32,000 nt of DNA from Candidatus Saccharimonadota bacterium (GTDB lineage: Bacteria > Patescibacteriota > Saccharimonadia > Saccharimonadales > Saccharimonadaceae), in contig NZ_CP045921.1 of assembly GCF_025273655.1 (NCBI RefSeq), forward strand, positions 870,001-902,000, in the 5' to 3' direction. The notes below the pieces were generated by a model, which was not told where the DNA came from, made no database searches, and was given only the letters and a program-made list of their open reading frames with translations. The position numbers and the translations under genes are program-made. Below, piece by piece: positions 15,701-22,971 of this stretch; position 1 is the first letter of the stretch, and each line of letters starts with the position of its first letter.

Positions 15701-16296
15701 TCAATCTCCTACCCCCAGAGTCTGCCAAGCAACTACGTGCAGCTCGCCACAACACACTGCTCCTCAAATACGTTGTCGGACTCGGCATTACACTTGGTCT
15801 CATCGTACTCGTATACGGTGCGACATTTGTCCTCATGAAATCTACAGAGCTCGCCAACAACGCGTCGTCGGCAGCAAGTAAGCAGAAAATTGCTAACTAT
15901 AACCAAGCGGCAGCAGAAGCGAAAGCATATACAGCAAATCTCAGTATGGCAAAATCTATTTTTGACACAGAAGTTTCATACACGACGGCGCTTCACAAAA
16001 TTGCTGCTGCACTCCCTAGCGGTACGGTTATCGAGGCACTTAATCTTTCTCCTACTACTATTGGCACACCGAGTACGCTTACGTTGCTTGCCAAAACAAA
16101 ACAAGATGCACTCAACGTTAAGCCCGCACTTGAAGCGCACAAAATAGCAAACGGCATCACTATCGCTAGCCTCAATGAAGGTAAAGACAGTGCACAAGCA
16201 GCTCCAACAGCCGCCTCTGATCAAACATATCCTGTCACCCTCAATCTCAATCTCACATTTGACAAAACTGTCTTTGTTGCAGAGGAGAAGTCATGA
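15697..16296 (+). CDS. pilN: PilN-like type IV pilus biogenesis protein
   Basis: MINLLPPE... N-terminus (the PilM-binding INLLP motif) followed by a single TM helix and a periplasmic-type domain. ATGA coupling to pilM. Confidence 0.7.
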   Translation: MINLLPPESAKQLRAARHNTLLLKYVVGLGITLGLIVLVYGATFVLMKSTELANNASSAASKQKIANYNQAAAEAKAYTANLSMAKSIFDTEVSYTTALHKIAAALPSGTVIEALNLSPTTIGTPSTLTLLAKTKQDALNVKPALEAHKIANGITIASLNEGKDSAQAAPTAASDQTYPVTLNLNLTFDKTVFVAEEKS

Positions 16297-16934
16297 ACAA
16301 AAATCCCCTAGGTCAACTTACCGCCAGCAAGCTTCGGCTTATTTTGCTCGGCTCCGCCGTGATACTTGTACTGGCTTCAGCTGGGCTAATCATCCTCGGA
16401 CAACAAGCAGTATCTAGCTACGGTAAAGAAGTATCATCTACCGTTGCCGTGTCATCATCTGACGAAAAAACGCTTCAAGATCTCGAAATCGTTAGTCGAG
16501 CACTCGCGTCACAAAAACCAATAGTAGACAAATCCAAGCTTATTATCGCAGACAAAAACAATACCTATACATACCAAAAGCAAGTCATCCAAGATATTAC
16601 GCGTTATGCGGATATGGCAGGCGTACAAGTTGTCGGCTTCACTTTTGCAGAGACAGGCGGAGTAACAACTGGTGCTCCAGCCACAGCAGCCGCATCTACT
16701 CCCGCAGCAGGCACGAAAGCCGGGGGCATCGCAACTCCAGCTGGAGTCACACCAGTCAACGTGACTGTCGCGCTCGGTGGCGACGTTTCCTATGACACGC
16801 TTTACAAGCTTCTCCAGCTCCTCGAGGGTAATCTACTGCGCATGGAAATCGAAAGCCTAGACCTAAGCCGCCCGAGTGGCACTGAAGCATCAGCCGTCTC
16901 ATCATTAACCATACGGATATACACACAAAAATGA
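16293..16934 (+). CDS. PilO-like type IV pilus biogenesis protein (positional and topological call)
   Basis: 213 aa with an N-terminal TM helix, an Ala/Thr/Pro/Gly-rich linker, and a C-terminal VNVTVALGGDVSYDTLYKLLQLLEGNLLRMEIESLDLSR...LTIRIYT resembling the PilO core. ATGA overlaps on both sides. Confidence 0.5.
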   Translation: MNKNPLGQLTASKLRLILLGSAVILVLASAGLIILGQQAVSSYGKEVSSTVAVSSSDEKTLQDLEIVSRALASQKPIVDKSKLIIADKNNTYTYQKQVIQDITRYADMAGVQVVGFTFAETGGVTTGAPATAAASTPAAGTKAGGIATPAGVTPVNVTVALGGDVSYDTLYKLLQLLEGNLLRMEIESLDLSRPSGTEASAVSSLTIRIYTQK

Positions 16935-17206
16935 GTAAACCAGCAAATCCAGCAGAGCAGTTCTTTGTCCGCTATAATCTCGTCATATTAATAGTGCTCG
17001 CCACGGGCATTCTTAGTGTCAGTATTGTACTAGCCTATCAAGCCTATCTCGCCGCCTCTACGCCAACGACATCCGATATCAAAAGCGAAATACCGACTAA
17101 TTTTGACAAGGCAACAGGCAAGAAGATTGAGCAGTTGCACACTAGCGATCAACAAAACATCAATGTCACTCCACCAGAGGGGCGCTACAATCCATTTTCT
17201 GAGTAG
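16931..17206 (+). CDS. Small single-pass membrane protein, pilus-operon associated
   Basis: 91 aa with TM helix LVILIVLATGILSVSIVLAY, ending ...PPEGRYNPFSE. Translationally coupled (ATGA) to the PilO-like gene. No family recognised. Confidence 0.5.
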   Translation: MSKPANPAEQFFVRYNLVILIVLATGILSVSIVLAYQAYLAASTPTTSDIKSEIPTNFDKATGKKIEQLHTSDQQNINVTPPEGRYNPFSE

Positions 17207-17229
17207 GACAGAGGAGGTATACTAGAGAC

Positions 17230-17817
17230 ATGCTACTTCCCGCGCAAGAATTGCTCAATATGCCAGTGATGAGCCTGCAGACAGGCACCGAGATTGCTGA
17301 AACTGTCGGCTGTGTCATAGATCCTGATACGCTCAATATTCTCGCGTATGAAATCAATGGCAAAAGCCTTGACGAACACCCGGCATTTCTCAAGATCGAG
17401 GATATTCGCGAGCTCAGTGATATTGGCTTTATTGTTGACTCAAGCGATGAAGTGATATCACTTGATGATATCGTGACACACAAACAGCTCTATGAAGCAC
17501 CTGTACAGCTCGAGTCAATGCACGTCATAGACGAGCAGCACACTAAGCTCGGCAAAGTAGAACAACTCGTGATGGACACGCAGTCGTTTCGTGTTGAGCA
17601 GCTCCAAGTTCGTAGACCTTTTTTCAAAAGCCTCTCCGACACCAGCCTCGTGATTCACCGCCAACAAATTATCGCTATCACACCAGATGCAATAATCGTA
17701 CGCACACCAACTGTACGCGAGTCAAACCAATCACCGCTAGAAAAGCAGCCATTGATAAATCCGTTTCGAGGCACGCGACCGCCGCAACCAGAATCAGTCA
17801 AGTCCGATCGTCACTGA
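17230..17817 (+). CDS. Tandem PRC-barrel-like domain protein, last gene of the pilus operon
   Basis: Two segments resemble PRC barrels (YlmC/YmxH-like): LLNMPVMSLQTGTEIAETVGCVIDPDTLNILAYEING and LESMHVIDEQHTKLGKVEQLVMDTQSFRVEQLQVRR. SD GGAGG and an overlapping TATACT lie upstream. Confidence 0.5.
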   Translation: MLLPAQELLNMPVMSLQTGTEIAETVGCVIDPDTLNILAYEINGKSLDEHPAFLKIEDIRELSDIGFIVDSSDEVISLDDIVTHKQLYEAPVQLESMHVIDEQHTKLGKVEQLVMDTQSFRVEQLQVRRPFFKSLSDTSLVIHRQQIIAITPDAIIVRTPTVRESNQSPLEKQPLINPFRGTRPPQPESVKSDRH

Positions 17818-18451
17818 GCGCATGTTTGATGTCGTCATAACTAAATCCTTGACGAGCAAGGTACTGCATCAGTTTTTGTTCATCACTATATTTGCTACGC
17901 TTTTTGGCCAGGATCTTCTGTAATTCGTCGTCGTCTGTACGAGCAGATTCCGCCAGTAAGCGCTCTACAACACCGCGCTCCACACCTTTTGCCGCCAGTT
18001 CGCTCGAGAGCTTCCGGCGACTTGCTCCCTTCGTGAGATTGCGGTTTTCTACCCAGTACCGCGCAAACTTCTCGTCGTCAATATACTGCTTTTCTACAAG
18101 CTTGTCATACACTCTATCTGCTAGTTCTGGCGCCACACCATCGCGCGTTTTGATCTCGCCTGTCCGGCGCGATTTATATTTTGTCTCGCGAGTCTTACGC
18201 CACAAATAATCCCTTACCTCTCGTGCGCTATGTGGCCGCATCAAGCAGTATTCGAGCGCTCGTGCGTACAGCTTGCCGAACTGACTCTCGCCCTCTATCT
18301 CCGCCAGCTCTGCATCGCTATACTCTCGCCCAACTTTGACACCCAGCGACACTACTTGCGAGATATCGAGACTGAAGCGATATTTACTGTCGACCATTAC
18401 ATTGATGCGATTAGGATCTTTTTGCTGAGCAGTGAGGGCAGTGACTTTCAT
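17798..18451 (-). CDS. recX: Recombination regulator RecX
   Basis: 217 aa, directly downstream of recA. Repeated three-helix RecX pattern (ARALEYCLMRPHSAREVRDYLWRK..., ELADRVYDKLVEKQYIDDEKFARYWVENR...). Confidence 0.85.
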   Translation of the reverse strand: MKVTALTAQQKDPNRINVMVDSKYRFSLDISQVVSLGVKVGREYSDAELAEIEGESQFGKLYARALEYCLMRPHSAREVRDYLWRKTRETKYKSRRTGEIKTRDGVAPELADRVYDKLVEKQYIDDEKFARYWVENRNLTKGASRRKLSSELAAKGVERGVVERLLAESARTDDDELQKILAKKRSKYSDEQKLMQYLARQGFSYDDIKHALSDDRT

Positions 18452-18472
18452 CTCGACAATATGACGCGGGGG

Positions 18473-19516
18473 CTATTCGTCTTCTGTAGCAACTTTCGCG
18501 CGCACTTTGGCGTCAATTTCGGCCAGTAACTCTGGATTTGCCTTCAGGAACTCTTTGGTCTTATCGCGACCCTGGCCGATTTTCTCGTCGTTGTAGTCGA
18601 ACCATGCGCCAGATTTGCCAACGATACCGTGTTGCACGGCCAGGTCGAGGATGTCACCGGTCCTAGAAATACCTTCGTTGTACATGATGTCAAACTCGGC
18701 GATGCGGAATGGCGGTGCAATCTTGTTTTTGACAATCTTCACCTTGGTGCGGTTACCGAGTATCTCCTCGCCTACCTTGATCTGGCCAGTACGGCGAATA
18801 TCCATGCGGACGCTGGCGTAGAATTTGAGCGCGTTGCCACCAGTGGTTGTCTCTGGATTGCCAAACATCACTCCGATCTTCATACGAATCTGATTGATGA
18901 AAATGACTGTCGCCTTGGACTTGTTGATAATACCCGTTAGCTTGCGTAGCGCCTGACTCATCAGGCGTGCCTGGAGGCCCATGTGACTATCACCCATGTC
19001 ACCATCGATCTCGGCCTGTGGTACCAGTGCGGCTACTGAGTCAACTACGATCAGATCAACTGCGTTACTACGCACAAGTGTCTCGGCGATTTCCAGTGCT
19101 TGCTCACCGTTGTCCGGCTGCGATACGAGTAGGTTGTCTACGTCGACACCAAGCTTGCGCGCATAACTCGGATCAAGCGCATGCTCCGCGTCGATGAATG
19201 CTGCGGTACCACCCTGCTTCTGAATCTCGGCGATTGCATGCAGTGTCAGAGTTGTCTTACCGGAACTTTCTGGACCATAAATCTCGATAATACGACCCTT
19301 CGGATAGCCGCCACCTAGTGCCAAGTCCAATGAAAGCGCACCACTTGGCAACAGTTCCACATCAACTTTTTTGGCCTCGCCCAGCTTCATGATAGAGCCG
19401 TCGCCAAACTGCTTAGTGATTTGATCCATCGCGAGATTCAGCGCCTTTAGCTTGCCCTCGTCTTTTTTGTCGACTTTTTCTACTGGTGTGTCTGTCGTGT
19501 CTGCCTTTTTCGCCAT
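18473..19516 (-). CDS. recA: Recombinase RecA
   Basis: [20 protein letters not shown] (Walker A), [24 protein letters not shown] (Walker B), and L1/L2 loop regions. 347 aa. SD GGAGG. Confidence 0.98.
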   Translation of the reverse strand: MAKKADTTDTPVEKVDKKDEGKLKALNLAMDQITKQFGDGSIMKLGEAKKVDVELLPSGALSLDLALGGGYPKGRIIEIYGPESSGKTTLTLHAIAEIQKQGGTAAFIDAEHALDPSYARKLGVDVDNLLVSQPDNGEQALEIAETLVRSNAVDLIVVDSVAALVPQAEIDGDMGDSHMGLQARLMSQALRKLTGIINKSKATVIFINQIRMKIGVMFGNPETTTGGNALKFYASVRMDIRRTGQIKVGEEILGNRTKVKIVKNKIAPPFRIAEFDIMYNEGISRTGDILDLAVQHGIVGKSGAWFDYNDEKIGQGRDKTKEFLKANPELLAEIDAKVRAKVATEDE

Positions 19517-19543
19517 ATACCCTCCGTGGTTATCTATAGTTCT

Positions 19544-19552
19544 ATTATACCA
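19544..19552 (-). promoter_or_regulatory. Candidate extended -10 promoter (TGGTATAAT) for recA-recX
   Basis: Minus strand reads gaTGGTATAATagaactatagataaccacGGAGGgtatATG, giving a leader of about 25-30 nt. Confidence 0.45.
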
Positions 19553-19630
19553 TCAGCTACTACTACGGAATAGCTCCCTAAGATAACTTCAAGTCAGTAT
19601 AACGGTGTTGTATCCAAGCACACGAGACTT

Positions 19631-19639
19631 TGCTATACT
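19631..19639 (+). promoter_or_regulatory. Candidate extended -10 promoter (TGCTATACT) for the second pilin, ending 8 nt before its ATG
   Basis: TGcTATACT at 19631-19639, then ggatgtat, then ATG 19648. No SD. Confidence 0.45.
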
Positions 19640-19647
19640 GGATGTAT

Positions 19648-20082
19648 ATGAGAAAATCTGCGGGCTTCACTATCATCGAGCTACTCGTCGTAGTGGTGCT
19701 ATTTCTATCGATGTGCGGGCTTTTCCTATATCAGAAGAACACCATCGAAGCTGTCGCGCGGGACGATCGCCGAAAAGCCGATATTAATACGATGTACCAC
19801 AATCTCGAGAAGGTCTATTACCCCGCCCACCAATCCTACCCTGACACGCTCAACACCACAACCTTGCCATCGGTACAAGCCGACACATTCAAAGATCCAG
19901 CTGGTCTTGCCGTCAACGAGCTGCGTATTGACAATTCAGTCCTCGGCACTACAACCCGCTCTACTTACACATACGAACCAACTAACTGCAAAAACAATCA
20001 GTGTAGCGGCTACACGCTTCGTGCCGATCTCGAAAAAGAAGCAGATTATGTGCGTACATCTGTCCACGGCAACAAAAAGTAA
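19648..20082 (+). CDS. Prepilin-type N-terminal cleavage/methylation domain protein (second type IV pilin or minor pilin)
   Basis: MRKSAG|FTIIELLVVVVLF shows a class III signal peptide. C-terminal C-x4-C (CKNNQC). The track start 19630 is TTG; ATG 19648 gives a canonical 6-aa leader. Confidence 0.85.
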   Translation: MRKSAGFTIIELLVVVVLFLSMCGLFLYQKNTIEAVARDDRRKADINTMYHNLEKVYYPAHQSYPDTLNTTTLPSVQADTFKDPAGLAVNELRIDNSVLGTTTRSTYTYEPTNCKNNQCSGYTLRADLEKEADYVRTSVHGNKK

Positions 20083-20083
20083 T

Positions 20084-20872
20084 CTAGTCTAGGTCGACAG
20101 GGCGACCGTTCTTGAAAGCTTCGACTGCATTGTTGATAGTAGCCGTTTGCGTGCGCGGATCAGACACATAATGAAATCGATAGGTTGTTTCTTCACCCTC
20201 AGTACTCAGGCGGATCGTGCCGTAGTCGAGCATCGTCTGCAATACACCGGTCTGCACAAAACTCACGTCTTCGATACTGCCAAGGCTGACAGTCTGCTCA
20301 TGTTTCGAAAATAAACTGTGTTGAATCTCCTGGATAACACTTTCATTTGTGAGGAAAAAGGTATTGCGCATATACACCCATACCGCGATATATCCCAGTA
20401 GACCCGTGAGCAGCATGAGGCATAACGCCACAAGACTGACAACACCAGTAGATGGTAGCCCCGAAGCGGGGTTCTGATCTAGCACGACCGGATACATAAT
20501 CCACGTCGCCACCAGCAGCGACAATACAAGCGTCGTCACAAGCACTGGTGCGAGGATACCGATAACATGACGATTTACCTTGAGTAATACCACTTCACCG
20601 GCAGACAGATTGAGATCGGGATACTGCTGCTTGGCAGCTTCGTGGCGCTGCTGCAGTTCCGGACTGATTGCACCGACCTCCGGCTCAATAGCTCGCGAGG
20701 CATGGACGACATTTGGCTCGTTTGACAGCTGTACACGCAGACGTGGATCATAGTTTTCTCCCTCGACTTGACCAGGGATTGCAGTAACATGCGAATCTGT
20801 CGTAACGGGTTTTTCGGCCGCTGCGGGCGGAAGAGTTGGTGCTGGATCGCGCTCGGGAGCTTGTGGATTCAT
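20084..20872 (-). CDS. PH-domain (bPH_2 / YdbS-YdbT-like) membrane protein
   Basis: Pro/Ala-rich N-terminus, then GEVVLLKVNRHVIGILAPVLV... with two TM hairpin helices. The C-terminus TGVLQTMLDYGTIRLSTEGEETTYRFHYVSDP is typical of a bacterial PH domain. Confidence 0.6.
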   Translation of the reverse strand: MNPQAPERDPAPTLPPAAAEKPVTTDSHVTAIPGQVEGENYDPRLRVQLSNEPNVVHASRAIEPEVGAISPELQQRHEAAKQQYPDLNLSAGEVVLLKVNRHVIGILAPVLVTTLVLSLLVATWIMYPVVLDQNPASGLPSTGVVSLVALCLMLLTGLLGYIAVWVYMRNTFFLTNESVIQEIQHSLFSKHEQTVSLGSIEDVSFVQTGVLQTMLDYGTIRLSTEGEETTYRFHYVSDPRTQTATINNAVEAFKNGRPVDLD

Positions 20873-20884
20873 ACTGTTAGTATA

Positions 20885-21895
20885 TCACGCTGCCGGCTCG
20901 CTACCCAGATGACGACGAGCTTTCTGCGTCACACGGCGACCGCGCGGCGTGCGCTCAATAAAGCCAATTTGCAACAAGTATGGTTCGTAAAAATCTTCGA
21001 TAGTACTCGTCTCATCGCCAGTGAGCGCCGCAAGCGTGGTGAGGCCCACGGGATTATCACCGTAGTTTTCGATCATACTCCGCAGTAACTGACGATCGGC
21101 CGGGTCAAGGCCAAGTTCATCCACTTCGAGCAGCGCCAGTGCCTTTTTTGTCGTAGCGCCGTCGATGATTCCGTCGCCGTTCACATCGGCATAGTCACGC
21201 ACGCGCTTGAGTAGGCGATTGGCAATACGCGGCGTCAAGCGCGCACGAGTTGATAGGTCTTGGGCAGCTGCTTGGTCTATCTGGCTCTCCAATATACCTG
21301 CAGCACGGGTGATAATTTGCTCGATTTCGGCGGGCGTATAGAACTCTAGCCGATGAATCAGTCCAAACCTATCGCGAAGCGGTGCAGCCAAGCTGCCCGT
21401 CCGCGTCGTAGCACCGATCACTGTAAACTTCGGCAAATCGAGTCGCACACTTCGTGCAGCTGGCCCTTTGCCGATCACAATGTCGAGTTTGTAATCTTCC
21501 ATAGCGCTATACAGCACCTCTTCTACAGCACGACTCAGGCGGTGGATCTCATCGATAAATAGCACGTCGCCGTCTTGGAGATTCGTGAGGATACTAGCCA
21601 GATCACCGGCACGCTCGATAGCTGGCCCGGCCGTGACACGTATATTCGTACCCATTTCGTTGGCAATCACCGTTGCCATGGTCGTCTTGCCGAGACCAGG
21701 AGGTCCATACAGCAACACATGGTCAATCGGTTCACTGCGCTTCTTGGCCGCGTCGATCGCAAGCTTGAGATTCTTCTTGAGTCGCTCTTGACCTATGTAG
21801 TCATCAAACGTCTGCGGACGCAGCGTTATCTCTATAATCTGCTCGTCGCTGTCGTCGTCTGTCGCACCGGTATCTACTATTCGTTCTATGGCCAT
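20885..21895 (-). CDS. ruvB: Holliday junction branch migration helicase RuvB
   Basis: [13 protein letters not shown]..., Walker [13 protein letters not shown], Walker [11 protein letters not shown], sensor residues, and a winged-helix C-terminus. Confidence 0.97.
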   Translation of the reverse strand: MAIERIVDTGATDDDSDEQIIEITLRPQTFDDYIGQERLKKNLKLAIDAAKKRSEPIDHVLLYGPPGLGKTTMATVIANEMGTNIRVTAGPAIERAGDLASILTNLQDGDVLFIDEIHRLSRAVEEVLYSAMEDYKLDIVIGKGPAARSVRLDLPKFTVIGATTRTGSLAAPLRDRFGLIHRLEFYTPAEIEQIITRAAGILESQIDQAAAQDLSTRARLTPRIANRLLKRVRDYADVNGDGIIDGATTKKALALLEVDELGLDPADRQLLRSMIENYGDNPVGLTTLAALTGDETSTIEDFYEPYLLQIGFIERTPRGRRVTQKARRHLGSEPAA

Positions 21896-21904
21896 TGCTA
21901 TATA

Positions 21905-22393
21905 TTATGACACATCTCGCTCTATCTGCAGACCAAGTTTACTTACAATTACTTTGCGAATAGCCCGCAGGGTTGGTTTCTCTACTTGGTGGGGTACGAT
22001 TTTTTTCGAGCCAAAGCCTTGATCTTCAAATACCTCGCCTTCGAATTGCACAGCGTGCGCATAGCGTGGTCGCAGCTTGAAGTGTACATGTGCTGGTTCG
22101 CCGTCACGCGCGGCGTCGTTCATGTCGCAGGCAAAATTGAAATAGACTGGATGAAACGCCCGACTGACAGCACCTTCGAGCTCGCGCACAAGATCACGCA
22201 GGCCGAGCCACTGCCTATCAGACAGATCGCCAAGCGTCTGATAGTGCCGCTCGGTGGTAATATACATCGCACCGAGCACGCCTTGATTTTCCATCAATAT
22301 AACGCGCCAGCCGTGAGTTTTAAGTAGCACGACGTCATCATTGGTCGGCGAGGTAATGATGTCGCAGATTGAGCAACGTGTCGCCACGCGCAC
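21905..22393 (-). CDS. HIT-like family protein with a variant H-x-H-x-K motif
   Basis: N-terminal C-x-x-C (CSICDI), a beta-rich core, and AHVHFKLRPR where canonical HIT proteins read H-phi-H-phi-H-phi-phi. The GTG start at 22393 shares its G with the ruvA TAG stop. Confidence 0.5.
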   Translation of the reverse strand: MRVATRCSICDIITSPTNDDVVLLKTHGWRVILMENQGVLGAMYITTERHYQTLGDLSDRQWLGLRDLVRELEGAVSRAFHPVYFNFACDMNDAARDGEPAHVHFKLRPRYAHAVQFEGEVFEDQGFGSKKIVPHQVEKPTLRAIRKVIVSKLGLQIERDVS

Positions 22394-22971
22394 TAGCCTT
22401 TCAACGCCCGCGTCACGCGCTCAGCTGTCGATAGTTCAGTTGATACACCTTCGAGTGCTTTCGTCGCGTCATTTAGATTGTACCCGAGCGCCATCAGCGC
22501 CTCGAGTGCTTCATCGGTATGCGAGAGCACGGCGGATTCACCAGTCGCCATATTATTGTCGTAGCGTAGCGCCAGACCGACTTTGTCGTGCAAATCTACC
22601 ACTACGCGCTCAGCGGTCTTTTTGCCGACGCCACTCGCTTTCGTCACGAACGCCACATCTTCACTTGCGATGGCATTTCGCACCACTTCGCTATCCGCCA
22701 GACTTAGGATTGCCAGTGCAGCTTTTGGCCCGACGCCTTGCACTGTGATAAGGAGCTCGAACAGCTTCTTGGCTGCCAGACTCGAGAAGCCAAACAGATC
22801 CTGCGATTGCTCACGGATATGATGGTAGGTATAAAACTTCACTTCTTCGTGCAGCAGCGCTCGCTCGTAATCACCCAGCGCTGTCTGTACTTCATAACCT
22901 ACACCATGCACATCCACGATGATAGCATTGCCAAACTTTTCTGCAACCGTACCGTGTACATGTGCAATCAT
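22393..22971 (-). CDS. ruvA: Holliday junction DNA-binding protein RuvA
   Basis: MIAHVHGTVAEKFGNAIIVDVHGVGYEV (OB domain I), HhH motifs LITVQGVGPKAALAIL and KASGVGKKTAERVVVDL, and C-terminal domain III. Confidence 0.93.
   Translation of the reverse strand: MIAHVHGTVAEKFGNAIIVDVHGVGYEVQTALGDYERALLHEEVKFYTYHHIREQSQDLFGFSSLAAKKLFELLITVQGVGPKAALAILSLADSEVVRNAIASEDVAFVTKASGVGKKTAERVVVDLHDKVGLALRYDNNMATGESAVLSHTDEALEALMALGYNLNDATKALEGVSTELSTAERVTRALKG

Noticed and set aside
19517-19560. Possible LexA/Cheo-type SOS box upstream of recA (GAACtataGATA)
   Set aside because: Only one half-site (GAAC) is present and the second half does not match GTTC. No lexA is in the window, so the call cannot be supported.
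22341-22748. 135-aa plus-strand ORF overlapping ruvA and the HIT-like gene
   Set aside because: It is antisense to RuvA, which has clear HhH motifs. Its Arg/Ser/Leu-rich translation shows no motifs.
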